Of a stretch of 64,000 nt of DNA, positions 39,909-50,300 are shown one piece after another (within the stretch, counting starts at the first letter, position 1; each line of letters starts with the position of its first letter). Origin of the DNA: Patescibacteria group bacterium (GTDB lineage: Bacteria; Patescibacteriota; JABMPQ01; JAQVVF01); NCBI GenBank assembly GCA_041662665.1, contig JBAZSC010000002.1, forward strand, positions 5,735 to 69,734, read 5' to 3'. Both the position numbers and the translations under genes were made by a program. The notes under the pieces were generated by a model. It saw only the letters and a program-made list of their open reading frames with translations, ran no database searches and was not told the DNA's origin.

Positions 39909-40637
39909 TTATTTAACAATCTGCCTCGCCCTTTCAAGCTCCTCGGGTCTATTTATTCCCATTGTATGCTCAAAATCGTCAGTGATAACAGTATCTAATT
40001 TCAATCCCTTTTTATTCATAATTTCAATCAAATCAGTCAAATAATATTCTTTTTGAACATTATTATTGCTAATTAAATCTAAATTTTCCAATAATGCTTT
40101 AGCCTTAAAACAATATACTCCGGTATTTATTTCCTTAATTTTTAATTGCTCTTCCGTTGCATCTTTTTTCTCAACAATTCTTAAAACATTGTTACTCTCA
40201 TCTCGCACAATTCTGCCATATTCTAATGGATCTTTTAAATTTACGCTTAAAATACAACCATCTAAATCTCTTCCTTCACATTTTGTAACTAAAGAGTTTA
40301 ACATTTCCAAAGTCAAAAAAGGTGCATCACCAGGAGCAATTAGAACATATCCATCGAAATCTTTTATTTTTTCTTTTGCCATCATTACCGCATGTCCAGT
40401 TCCTAATTGTTCTTTTTGTTCAACATATTCTACTCTATCTTTTAAGTAATCTTTAATTAAATCTCCTCTAAATCCAATTACCAAAATGATTCTGTCCGCT
40501 CCCAAATCTTCCATTGTTTTAACTTGATACTCTATCATTGGCTTGTCTCCAATCATAAGCATTACTTTTGGCCTATCAGTACAATTCAATCTTGTTCCTT
40601 TTCCAGCTGCTAAAATCAAAGATGTTATGTTTTTCAT
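39909..40637 (-). CDS. sugar-phosphate nucleotidyltransferase (GlmU N-terminal-like)
   Basis: 'LILAAGKGTRL' G-x-G-T-R motif. 242 aa, with no acetyltransferase repeat domain. Confidence 0.65.
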   Translation of the reverse strand: MKNITSLILAAGKGTRLNCTDRPKVMLMIGDKPMIEYQVKTMEDLGADRIILVIGFRGDLIKDYLKDRVEYVEQKEQLGTGHAVMMAKEKIKDFDGYVLIAPGDAPFLTLEMLNSLVTKCEGRDLDGCILSVNLKDPLEYGRIVRDESNNVLRIVEKKDATEEQLKIKEINTGVYCFKAKALLENLDLISNNNVQKEYYLTDLIEIMNKKGLKLDTVITDDFEHTMGINRPEELERARQIVK

Positions 40638-40675
40638 AGAACTTTATAACTTTAAAAACTTTATAAACTTTATAA

Positions 40676-41329
40676 CTAAAGTATACACTTAACAATATTT
40701 GTCGCTTGATAAAGACCTTTTACAGTAAAATTATTTAATTCTGCCTTACTTTCAGAATATTTGCCTCCTGGTCTTTCAATCTTAATCGCAATAATATATG
40801 AAAAACCTCTTTTTATATAATCAATATTTTCTGGTACATCCTCTATGATTGCAATTTTTTTATCTCTGTTTTCATTAATCAGATCTTTCAAAATATCCTT
40901 TTTCAAACCACCTTCTCCTTCTGTCAACAAAACTTTTGTAAAAAAACCATTTATCTTACAATTATCAATTTTTGGTTGTTGAAATCTTTTTACTCCTAAT
41001 GATACCAAAAATAATTCACAATCATCTTTTACGCTTTCCAAAAAAGAAATCACATCTTCATACAAATAATTTTTTGAATTAGCAACTAGGCCATTGACTT
41101 CTGTCATCAAACTTTTTATATCTGTAATTTCGCCTTCCAACAATCTAACATGCAAAGCCGGATCATACGGTCTTTTTAATTTTTTTCTAATATAATTATA
41201 AGTCTGCTCATACCTATCAGAAGTAATTCCATAACGCAAAAAAATAGTCTTCAAATGTCTTTTGAAGAGCTCGGTATTAAATATCGTATGATCAAAATCT
41301 AATATAACTATTTTATCTTTTCTTAACAT
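40676..41329 (-). CDS. HAD-superfamily hydrolase-like protein
   Basis: Motif I 'ILDFDHT'. Confidence 0.5.
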   Translation of the reverse strand: MLRKDKIVILDFDHTIFNTELFKRHLKTIFLRYGITSDRYEQTYNYIRKKLKRPYDPALHVRLLEGEITDIKSLMTEVNGLVANSKNYLYEDVISFLESVKDDCELFLVSLGVKRFQQPKIDNCKINGFFTKVLLTEGEGGLKKDILKDLINENRDKKIAIIEDVPENIDYIKRGFSYIIAIKIERPGGKYSESKAELNNFTVKGLYQATNIVKCIL

Positions 41330-41338
41330 AATTTAAAA

Positions 41339-41395
41339 TCGCTGATTTAACGCTGATTTCGAACGCTGATAAACGCTGAATGACAACGCCTGATT
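41339..41395. repeat. CGCTGAT heptad array (~11-nt phasing, 4-5 copies), locus 1
   Basis: It contains the 21-mer 'acgctgatttcgaacgctgat', which recurs as a reverse complement at 55911-55932. Confidence 0.6.
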
Positions 41396-42383
41396 ACACC
41401 AATTCAAATAATATTTTTGCCAATTTTTTAGAATCATGATGAATCAAACTCCTTATCAAAACATCAGATTTCTTTTTCTTATAAGCTTTTCCTAATAAAT
41501 CAGCACCAATATAATTAATTTTTTGAGTATTTTTCTGATTCAAAAATTCAACAAAATTTCCTTTTATTTCCGTATGTTGTTTAAGTATTTCTAAACTAGG
41601 CTTGGTTTTATTATATATGACATAATCCAAAATTCCAAGCCCCAAATATTGTTCCAAAACATCTACATGGTCCTGAACACTAAAATTGTTCGTCTGTCCA
41701 AACTTAGTCATTATGTTGCTGACATAAACAATTTTGGCTCTAGATGCCTTTAGGGCATTAGCAATACCAGAAACACATAAACATGCAACAACAGAAGTAT
41801 ATAAATCTCCAGGTCCAATTACAATCAAATTTGCCTCTTTGATAGCCTTTAAAACACTAGGATTTGCTTTAATCTTTGGTTCAATCCAAGCCTTTTTTAT
41901 CTTCAAATTGCCATCAAAACCAATTACTTCATCAATATTGGTTTCTGATTTTATGACTTGTCCATTTTCAAGTTCTACGCATAGATCAGCTCTTTTCAAA
42001 GCTACAGGCATTATCTTATCTTTTATTTTTAATTCTTTGCATAATTCTTCAATCGCCTTTTCAATATCACCAGATTTTTCTTGTAAATTCGCAATAATAA
42101 TATTTCCCAAATTATGACCCTCAAATTCACCTTTTTCAAAACGAAAATCTAAAATATCTTTCCACGTTTTATTTTCCGGCATTAAAGCTAACAGCATTTT
42201 TCTTAAATCACCCATCGGCAATAAATCCTTATTTTCTTTCAATAATCTGCCAGTTGATCCTCCACTATCAGTCACTGGATAAACACTAGTTAATTGAACA
42301 TTTTTGTGCACTTTTAACCCACCCAAAACAACACTTGCTCCAGTTCCACCACCAATATAGATAATTTTCTTGACTTTTTGCAT
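41394..42383 (-). CDS. YvcK/CofD-like (UPF0052, gluconeogenesis factor family) protein
   Basis: 'IIYIGGGTGASVVLGGLK...VTDSGGSTGRL'. Confidence 0.7.
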   Translation of the reverse strand: MQKVKKIIYIGGGTGASVVLGGLKVHKNVQLTSVYPVTDSGGSTGRLLKENKDLLPMGDLRKMLLALMPENKTWKDILDFRFEKGEFEGHNLGNIIIANLQEKSGDIEKAIEELCKELKIKDKIMPVALKRADLCVELENGQVIKSETNIDEVIGFDGNLKIKKAWIEPKIKANPSVLKAIKEANLIVIGPGDLYTSVVACLCVSGIANALKASRAKIVYVSNIMTKFGQTNNFSVQDHVDVLEQYLGLGILDYVIYNKTKPSLEILKQHTEIKGNFVEFLNQKNTQKINYIGADLLGKAYKKKKSDVLIRSLIHHDSKKLAKILFELV

Positions 42384-42444
42384 GAATAATAATAAACTTT
42401 AAAATCAATTAAATTCCTCGCCACAAAAGGAAGGAGGAAAAACG

Positions 42445-42693
42445 ATGAGGCAGACATTTGAAAAGCTAATGGATAAAATAGCAGAAAGCCTTTCAAGAAT
42501 CTTCGGTCTCATTCTCGTACTTTACGCTATTTTGTTCTTCATTACTTCAATTTTTGTAACAGTAGTTCTTCGCGCCCCAATCCAAACAGAACTGATCTTC
42601 ATGAATTTCACCACCCCATTCATCATTCTTGAAGGCATCGGCTTTCTATGGATCGGAAACGCTCTCAAAACAAAAACTCTATGTCCTTTCTAA
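42445..42693 (+). CDS. small membrane protein, hypothetical
   Basis: SD 'AAGGAAGGAGGAAAAACG'; two TM helices; followed by a terminator. Confidence 0.55.
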   Translation: MRQTFEKLMDKIAESLSRIFGLILVLYAILFFITSIFVTVVLRAPIQTELIFMNFTTPFIILEGIGFLWIGNALKTKTLCPF

Positions 42694-42713
42694 CCTCGCC
42701 CGAGGTTTTTTTA
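42693..42713 (+). terminator. Rho-independent terminator
   Basis: 'acctcg-cc-cgaggt' followed by 'ttttttt'. Confidence 0.65.
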
Positions 42714-42754
42714 ATTCGAAAATAATTAGAATATAATTCGAATAAAAATTAGAA

Positions 42755-44572
42755 TTATTCAACAGTCACACTCTTTGCCAAATTCCTCGGCTTATCCACA
42801 TCCAATCCTTTGATTTCTGCAATATGATAAGCCAGCAATTGCATTGGCACAACAGTTAACAATGGCTCAAGCAATTCTATAGTTTCTGGAATATAAATCA
42901 CGTCATCTGCATATTTTTCAATGTCAGTATTTCTCTCTGTCGTAATAGCAATAATTTTGCCTTTCCTTGCTCTTATTTCTTGCATATTACTAATTGTTTT
43001 GTCATAAACACTATCTTTTGGAACTATGAAAAAACATGGAAAATTTTCATCAATCAAGGCAATTGCGCCATGTTTCATTTCTCCAGCAGAATAGCCTTCA
43101 GCATGAATATAAGAAATTTCTTTTAACTTCAAAGCTCCTTCCAATGCCATAGGATAATTAAATCTTCTACCTAAATACAAGAAATTTTTGTAATCACGAT
43201 ATTTTTCTGCTAAATTTTTTATTTTGTCATTTTGTTCTAAAATTTTCTTTATCTTTTCTGGAATTTTCTTTATCTCTTCTGCAATATTTTTTCCTTCCAT
43301 GAAAGACAAATTTTTAAGTCTACCAAATTCTAAAGCCAAGATTGATAGAACAGTAGTTTGCGCCAAAAAAGCTTTTGTTGAAGCAACGCCAATTTCTGGT
43401 CCAGCATGAACAAAAACTCCGCCATCAGTTTCACGAGCAATCGTTGATCCAACAACATTAGAAATTCCCAAAACTTTAATACCCTTTCTCTGTATTTCTC
43501 GCATTGCTGCAATTGTGTCAGCTGTTTCACCAGATTGCGATATTACAAAAACAAGAGTATCTTTATCTAATAGAATTCTTTTATAACGCAATTCTGATGC
43601 GCATTCGACTTCACAAGGAATTGACGCGCATTCTTCAATCATGTATTTTCCAACCATTCCAGCATGCAAAGCAGTACCGCAAGCAATAAAAACAATTCTT
43701 TTGACTCTTAACATTTCTTCAATTGACATATTTAAACCGCCAAGATGAGCCAAACCTTCCGAAGATACAACTCGACCAGCTGAAGCATTTTCAACTACTT
43801 TTGGCTGTTCAAAAATTTCTTTCATCATAAAATGTTTAAAATCTTTCTTTTCAGCTAAATCCTGTTGCCAATCAATTTCATGAACTTCTGAATTAACTTT
43901 TTTATCATCAATTGTAATAGTATAAAAACCTTCTTTTGTAATTTCCACAATCTCATTTTCTTCAATATAAACCACTTTTTTCGTATAAGGAATCAAAGCT
44001 GTCGCATCAGACGCAAAATAATTTTCTCCCTCACCAACTCCCACGACTAATGGACTACCATGACGAGCTGCAACAATCCTATCTGGTTCAAGTGAAGAAA
44101 TAACAACAATACCATATGTTCCATCAATGCAAAGCAAAGCTTTTCTCACTGCTTCTTTCAAATTTCCTTCATAATATTTTTCAATCAAATGGCTTAAAAC
44201 TTCAGTATCAGTTTCTGATCTAAATTTATGACCTTCTTTAATCAATTGCTCTTTTAATTTGGCAAAATTCTCAATAATCCCATTATGAATTACTGCAATT
44301 TTTCCTTCACAATCCAAATGAGGATGAGCATTCTGATCTGTTACTCCTCCATGAGTTGCCCATCTTGTATGACCCATTCCAATTGTTCCAGCAAGATTAG
44401 TCATCTCTAAATTCTGGCCAATTCTGCCAACGCTTTTCACAAAATTAATTTTTCCATCACTGATAGTCGCCAAACCCCAAGAATCATATCCACGATATTC
44501 TAATTTTTTCAAACCATCAACTAAAATCGGTGATGCTTTTTTATTTCCGATATAAGCTATTATTCCGCACAT
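42755..44572 (-). CDS. glmS: glutamine--fructose-6-phosphate aminotransferase
   Basis: 'MCGIIAYIG' Ntn amidotransferase domain and two SIS domains. Confidence 0.9.
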   Translation of the reverse strand: MCGIIAYIGNKKASPILVDGLKKLEYRGYDSWGLATISDGKINFVKSVGRIGQNLEMTNLAGTIGMGHTRWATHGGVTDQNAHPHLDCEGKIAVIHNGIIENFAKLKEQLIKEGHKFRSETDTEVLSHLIEKYYEGNLKEAVRKALLCIDGTYGIVVISSLEPDRIVAARHGSPLVVGVGEGENYFASDATALIPYTKKVVYIEENEIVEITKEGFYTITIDDKKVNSEVHEIDWQQDLAEKKDFKHFMMKEIFEQPKVVENASAGRVVSSEGLAHLGGLNMSIEEMLRVKRIVFIACGTALHAGMVGKYMIEECASIPCEVECASELRYKRILLDKDTLVFVISQSGETADTIAAMREIQRKGIKVLGISNVVGSTIARETDGGVFVHAGPEIGVASTKAFLAQTTVLSILALEFGRLKNLSFMEGKNIAEEIKKIPEKIKKILEQNDKIKNLAEKYRDYKNFLYLGRRFNYPMALEGALKLKEISYIHAEGYSAGEMKHGAIALIDENFPCFFIVPKDSVYDKTISNMQEIRARKGKIIAITTERNTDIEKYADDVIYIPETIELLEPLLTVVPMQLLAYHIAEIKGLDVDKPRNLAKSVTVE

Positions 44573-44688
44573 GTTTTTAAAATTAAAAAGTAAAAATTAA
44601 AAAGTAAAAAAAACTATAGTTATATCAATTTAACATATTTTTTTTGCTATCTCAAGACATAAAAAAACCAGTAAAAACTGGTAATCAC

Positions 44689-44949
44689 TTAATGTACACG
44701 AATCTCCTCGTTTAATTTTGTAGCTCGTGAAATCAACTGAGCCAAAATATTTCGGAAATCATTCAATTGTGCACGATCAGACAAAACTATTTTCACCAAC
44801 TTTGCTTTTCTACATGTATGTTGATCAATTGCTGCAATCATTTTATCAAGCAAAGGATGTTGCTCGCCAAGTTGTTCACGTACAATTTCTAACAATGAAT
44901 GAGCTAAAGTATAATCAAATGATACTTCAATCTTATCTTTTTCAAACAT
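44689..44949 (-). CDS. small protein, third gene of the GC-rich overlapping cassette
   Basis: Its start overlaps the upstream gene by 8 nt. Elevated GC. Confidence 0.5.
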   Translation of the reverse strand: MFEKDKIEVSFDYTLAHSLLEIVREQLGEQHPLLDKMIAAIDQHTCRKAKLVKIVLSDRAQLNDFRNILAQLISRATKLNEEIRVH

Positions 44950-45259
44950 TTTTCCTTCCCTCCTTGGCTAGGGAATCGGCATGCAAACGAATTCCAGCAT
45001 CTAAAATAGTCATTTCTTTGTGCAAAATCTTCCATGCCTCTCTCAACCTCAAAAATTGCACATCACCTGCCGGATTATCCGCAAAAAACAAAGTTGCTTC
45101 TTTCAATTCATCATTTCCACAATGAATCATCGCCTCTTCCAAACTTTCTGTCAAAACCAAAGAAACTTGATCTTCTGCTTCAAACAAACAATCATGCAAA
45201 GCAACCAACAAATGTCTTCCGCATCTCAATCTTCGCATTCCATCCATTTCTTCGCTCAT
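44942..45259 (-). CDS. small protein, second gene of the cassette
   Basis: Its start overlaps the upstream gene's stop by 1 nt, consistent with translational coupling. Confidence 0.5.
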   Translation of the reverse strand: MSEEMDGMRRLRCGRHLLVALHDCLFEAEDQVSLVLTESLEEAMIHCGNDELKEATLFFADNPAGDVQFLRLREAWKILHKEMTILDAGIRLHADSLAKEGRKNV

Positions 45260-45564
45260 TACTGTCCTCCTCCCTCTTGCTCAATAAAAACAGATTTTGA
45301 AAAATTATCTACCTCACTAGCCAATTGCACAACATCTTTCATTAAACTAAAGGTCGCCCTCTGAAATTTCGCTAATTGCTTTCGACCATCTTCATCATCC
45401 GGAAATTGTAACAACACTACTTCTTCTTTTGCTTCTTCTATATAATCAGACAAGAAATTGTATAGAAAACTATCCCAAAGTTGACCCCCTCTAAAAACTT
45501 CTCGCAAAGCATACAACACGCTAAGCTTGCAAGAAACTGTCAAATTATGCTTCTGGCTTGGCAT
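45259..45564 (-). CDS. small protein, first gene of the cassette
   Basis: SD 'AAAAGGAGGAGAGAA' immediately upstream. Confidence 0.55.
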   Translation of the reverse strand: MPSQKHNLTVSCKLSVLYALREVFRGGQLWDSFLYNFLSDYIEEAKEEVVLLQFPDDEDGRKQLAKFQRATFSLMKDVVQLASEVDNFSKSVFIEQEGGGQ

Positions 45565-45643
45565 TCTTTCTCTCCTCCTTTTCTCGTTGTTAAAGTACGA
45601 TATCTAATCTCCGTAATTTCCGAATTTCCAAATATCCGAATAT

Positions 45644-46453
45644 TTATTTCTTTATAACTATCATAACTTTTTTTCCATTCAACATCGAACTTGGATCATA
45701 ATCATGAATCGCATTATACAAATTATCAAAAGTATATCTAAATTTAAATCCTTGCCAAATTCCTGGATCATTTGTAATAAATCCATTTTCATCAAATCCA
45801 ACAATTACCAAATTATGGTAAACAGGACCAGGTGCCGTAAAATGAGGATTAGCAAGCATTTGTCCAGCAGTTGGCGCTAAAACAACATTTCCTTGCGCTA
45901 ATTCTTTCTTTATATCTTCAACTGTAATATCATATTTAGCTTCAACATTCTTATAACCATAATACTCTTTTGCTAATCTGACAATATCTTCTGCCTTCAA
46001 ATCAAAATGTCCACCCCAATTTTGTACTTGCCAATCTACCATATCCAAAATTTCCTGATTAGCTACATCTTTAGGAATTTCTAAATTCAAATATTCTCCT
46101 TTCAAATAATGATCAATCATCATCAAAGATGCTTCCTCACAAGCTTCCTGCCAAGGCTCTGCCCAATTCTGATATGGCGCTTGGCATGTAAATGGAGCAT
46201 CTAGATCACAACTCGCAGGCATTACAAATTCTGGTTTCTTTTTTATATCTTTTTCGTCATTTTGATTCTCTTCAGCTACAATATTCTCTGAACTAATATT
46301 TTGTTCAGATTGATTTTCTATATTTAGCGACTCATTATATTCATTTATTTCAGATATTTCTTGAGGTTGAAACATTTTTACCAAAAACAAATCAATAGCT
46401 ACAAGAATAGCCAACATTAATATTACAATTCCAATTTTTGATACTTTTCGCAT
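45644..46453 (-). CDS. C39-like (papain-fold) cysteine peptidase family protein, membrane-anchored
   Basis: N-terminal TM segment. 'CQAPYQNWAEPWQEACEEASLMM' resembles the Peptidase_C39_2 Cys region. His/Asn candidates lie downstream. Confidence 0.5.
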   Translation of the reverse strand: MRKVSKIGIVILMLAILVAIDLFLVKMFQPQEISEINEYNESLNIENQSEQNISSENIVAEENQNDEKDIKKKPEFVMPASCDLDAPFTCQAPYQNWAEPWQEACEEASLMMIDHYLKGEYLNLEIPKDVANQEILDMVDWQVQNWGGHFDLKAEDIVRLAKEYYGYKNVEAKYDITVEDIKKELAQGNVVLAPTAGQMLANPHFTAPGPVYHNLVIVGFDENGFITNDPGIWQGFKFRYTFDNLYNAIHDYDPSSMLNGKKVMIVIKK

Positions 46454-46561
46454 AAATTTGACTTGACGAACTATTCTAATATCTTAATATGAATTAAACA
46501 AGGCTTTTTCTCGTACCCTAGCAAAAGCCCGCTTTCGCCATAGTTCAATGGCAAGCGGACA

Positions 46562-47272
46562 ATGGAGGAAAAAGTGATCATCCAACCAAAAGTAAGATTA
46601 TATAGGCCATCAATTTATGATATCATTGCAATCACAGGAGCAAGTGGATCAGGCAAGGGAGAGGTTGCAAAAAAAATTATTGCTGCTGTTGGCGAAGAGT
46701 ACGTTGGGCATAACGAATTAGATAATTTTTATCTTGATCGCAGCGATATGCCTCCAGAAGAAAGAGAGAAGCTGGATTTTGATGATCCTAATAATTCTCT
46801 TGATTGGTTCGAAGTTATTCATTTTGTAATGTGCTTAAAGGAAGGAAAACCTGTTGAAATGCCTCTATACGATTTCGACAGCCATACTAGAGTTACCAGG
46901 CCAGAGCCACTCATCATCACGCCAAAACGCTTTAATCTTATTGACAGCCATATGGCTCTTTGGCATCCAAAACTTAGAACACTTTACCGCAAAAAACTAT
47001 TTGTTGATCCAACACTAGATATTTGCGGTTTCAGAAGACAAGATAGAGATACTAGACCCAAAGAAGAAGGTGGTCGTGGCAGAACGAATGAATCAGTTCG
47101 CAAACAATGGCCAAAAGTTAGTCGTGCCTTCAAAATTCACTTCGAACCAACCAAAGAATTTGCTAACATAATTATTCCCGAAGGCGGCAACAACGAAGAG
47201 GGAATTGATTTTATTATCGGTTGGATGAAATATCAAATCATGATCGAAGCTCAACAAACTCAAACAGCCTAA
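46562..47272 (+). CDS. uridine kinase / PRK-family nucleoside kinase-like protein
   Basis: P-loop 'ITGASGSGKG'. 'RRQDRDTRPKEEGGRGRTNESV' resembles the Udk 'RRxxRDxxERGR' region. GC-rich. Possible GTG start at 46574. Confidence 0.55.
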   Translation: MEEKVIIQPKVRLYRPSIYDIIAITGASGSGKGEVAKKIIAAVGEEYVGHNELDNFYLDRSDMPPEEREKLDFDDPNNSLDWFEVIHFVMCLKEGKPVEMPLYDFDSHTRVTRPEPLIITPKRFNLIDSHMALWHPKLRTLYRKKLFVDPTLDICGFRRQDRDTRPKEEGGRGRTNESVRKQWPKVSRAFKIHFEPTKEFANIIIPEGGNNEEGIDFIIGWMKYQIMIEAQQTQTA

Positions 47273-47288
47273 ACGCTCATTCACTCAA

Positions 47289-47351
47289 AAGTCCAAACCT
47301 TAGTCTGGACTTTTTCTTTGTCCGCCGAAGTTTTAACGAAGGCGGATTTTT
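47289..47351 (+). terminator. tandem Rho-independent terminators after the udk-like gene
   Basis: Hairpin agtcca/tggact plus T-run, then 'tccgcc-gaagttttaacgaa-ggcgga' plus 'ttttt'. Confidence 0.6.
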
Positions 47352-47395
47352 ATTCGAAAATTAATTCGATTTATTCGAAAATTAATTAGAGTATT

Positions 47396-50300
47396 TTATA
47401 CAACTATATTAATCAATCTTCCCTTTACAAAAATCATTTTCTTAATCTTTTTTCCAACAATATATTTCATAATCTTTTCTCTCTTTTGCACAAGTTCACT
47501 TGCCTTCTCTTCAGAAATATTTGTATCAACTTCCATAAAATCTCTCACTTTGCCATTGATCTGAATAATCATTTTAACTTTTTCTTCTTTCATTTTACTT
47601 TCATCAAATAATGGCCAAGATGCTTTAAAAACACTTTCCTTATTCCCAAGCGTCTCCCACATTTCTTCACAAAAATGCGGAGCAAAAGGAGACAAAATAA
47701 TTAACAAAGTCTCTATATCAATTTTAGAAATTTTATCTTTTTGCTTATCTAACAAATTCAAAAATTCCATTGATGATGCAATGATCGTATTATAATCCAA
47801 TTCCTCAACATCATGAGTTGCTTTTTTGATTAATTTATTTCTCTGAATAACAAACACATCATCCTGAGTACCTAAGGAACTAAGTACCTGAGAAACTAAA
47901 AAGAAAAGTCTACCAAAAAAACGCTCAATTCCAACAACACCTTCATCTCTAAAATCGCCACCTTGTTTTAATGGTCCGATAAACATCAAATAAGTCCTCA
48001 AAACATCAGCGCCATATTTTTCAATATATAGATCAGGATTTACAACGTTACCTTTTGATTTTGACATCTTGGCACCATCTTTAATAATCAAACCATGCGC
48101 TCGAAATTTTTTAAAAGGCTCTTCAAAATCAATCATCCCTAAATCATGTAAAACCATTGTCACAAATCTTGTATAAAGTAAATGAAGTACAGCATGCTCA
48201 TGTCCGCCAATATACATATCAACTGGCAACCATTTTTTTGTAATCTCTTTATCAAAAGGCTGATCTTTTATATCAACACTTGGATATCTCAAAAAATACC
48301 AAGATGAATCTAAGAATGTATCTGAGACATCAGTTTCTCTTTTTGCCTCTCCTCCACATTTTGGACATTTCGTATTAACAAATTCCAAATTTCGAGCAAG
48401 AGGCGATCGATCAGTTCCGTCAGGCAAATAATCATCAGTCTTTGGCAACATTACTGGCAAATCTTCTTCTGGAACTGGAATTATACCGCTATTTATAGAA
48501 TCAGGAAATTCAAAAAGTATTTCCGGCAATTCTTTAATACCAGCAGTCTCATTGAAATGTCCTTTATTCTTAAATACACTAACTTTAGCATTTAAGACTT
48601 CATAGTCCTTTTTAACTTCTAAAGGAATATATGGATCATTATCAGACAAGTAAATTACTTTTTCTTTAACTAATTTAGACAGTTCATCTAATCCGATATT
48701 CAGTTCATTGAATTCCTTAATGATTGCTAATGCCTCGTCATCACAACCAGCATTCTTCAAATTATTCCAATTTAACTCACCTTGACTATTCCCAGTAGGT
48801 GCAACTAAAATCAATTTTTCAATATTTAACTTATTTTTCAATGCAAACTGGCAAGCAGCTGGAGCACCCAAACTATGGCCAATTAAATATATCTGGTCAT
48901 CTTTTTTAATCGGTAATTTTTCCAGCGCAGAAATCCATTCATTCATCTTCGGATGCTCATTATTTGGCAAATCAGGAATTAAAACTTCATAGCCTCTATT
49001 TTCCATTTCTTGTTTAAACCAAGGGAACCAATTTTCTTTAGAATGACCATAAATTCCGTGCACTAAAATAATTTTTGGCTTTCTCTTAGCACAACTTTCA
49101 CAATAAACGATTGGAATTGGCGGTCCCCAAAATCTTTGTCTAGAAATACACCAATCGCGTAATTTATAATTAACCACTCTCTGACCCCAACTTTTTTTTT
49201 CTAAGTAGTCCATTATTTTTTTAGTCGCATCATGAATATCTAAACCATTCAAAAAATCAGAATTAATCATTTTTCCTTCTTTTTCTTGAACCTGTTTTGC
49301 TTCTATAATTTCTGAAGTATCATTATCTTTTCCAATAACAACTCGGATAATCGGCAATTTAAATTTCTTTGCAAATTCAAAATCTCTGATATCATGACCA
49401 GGCACACCGACAACTGCACCAGTACCTACATTTCCCAAAACAAAATCAGATACCCAAATCGGCATTTTCTTACCTGTCAAATTATTAATACAATAAGCTC
49501 CAGTAAAAACGCCTGTTTTTTCTCGTCCCTCTTCAATTCTGTCTTGTTCACTTTTTGCTAATGATTTCTTAACATAATCTTCAACTTCTTTTTTATGCTC
49601 ATCAGTAACCATCTCATTCAAAACTTTACTTTCTGGCGCCAATACTACAAATGTCGCACCAAAATTAGTATCTGGTCGCGTTGTAAAACAAATTATTTTC
49701 TTGTCACTGTCAACAATTTTGTATTCAATTTCTATGCCTTCTGACTTTCCAATCCAATTTTTCTGCGCTAATTTTGTCTTTTCTGTCCAATCAATTTTAT
49801 CAATATTTTTTAATAATTTTTCAGCATAATCAGTAATCTTGAAAAACCATTGGCTCATATCTTTTTTTACAACTTCTGTTTTACATCTTTCACATAAACC
49901 AGCTTCAACTTGCTCATCAGACAAAACAGTCATACAAGAAGGACACCAATTCACAGCTGCTTTCTTTTTGTATGCCAATCCTCTTTTGTACATCTGCAAA
50001 AATAGCCATTGCGTCCATTTATAATAATTTGGATCATAGGTTTCCAAAGTCTTTGACCAATCATAAGCATTACCTATCATGTGTAATTGTTCATAAAATC
50101 TTTTCTGAGTTTTTTCTGCCATCACTGCTGGATGAATCTTATTTTTAATTGCAAAATTTTCTGAATGGATACCAAAACCATCCAATCCAATTGGTTCAAA
50201 AACATCATTGCCCTTTAATCTTTGATAGCGTCCATAAATGTCTGATCCAGTAAAAGCGTACATATTTCCAACATGCAAACCTTCAGCAGATGGATATGGA

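Noticed and set aside
46500-46561. A tRNA-like fragment ('gccatagttcaatggcaagcgg').
   Set aside because: Only a single hairpin is present, and no full cloverleaf can be built. It is more likely a structured 5' leader of the udk-like gene.
48509-49081. The leuS insertion being an intein.
   Set aside because: It has no N-terminal Cys/Ser splice junction and no C-terminal His-Asn followed by Cys/Ser/Thr. The segment matches an alpha/beta serine hydrolase, not a Hint domain.
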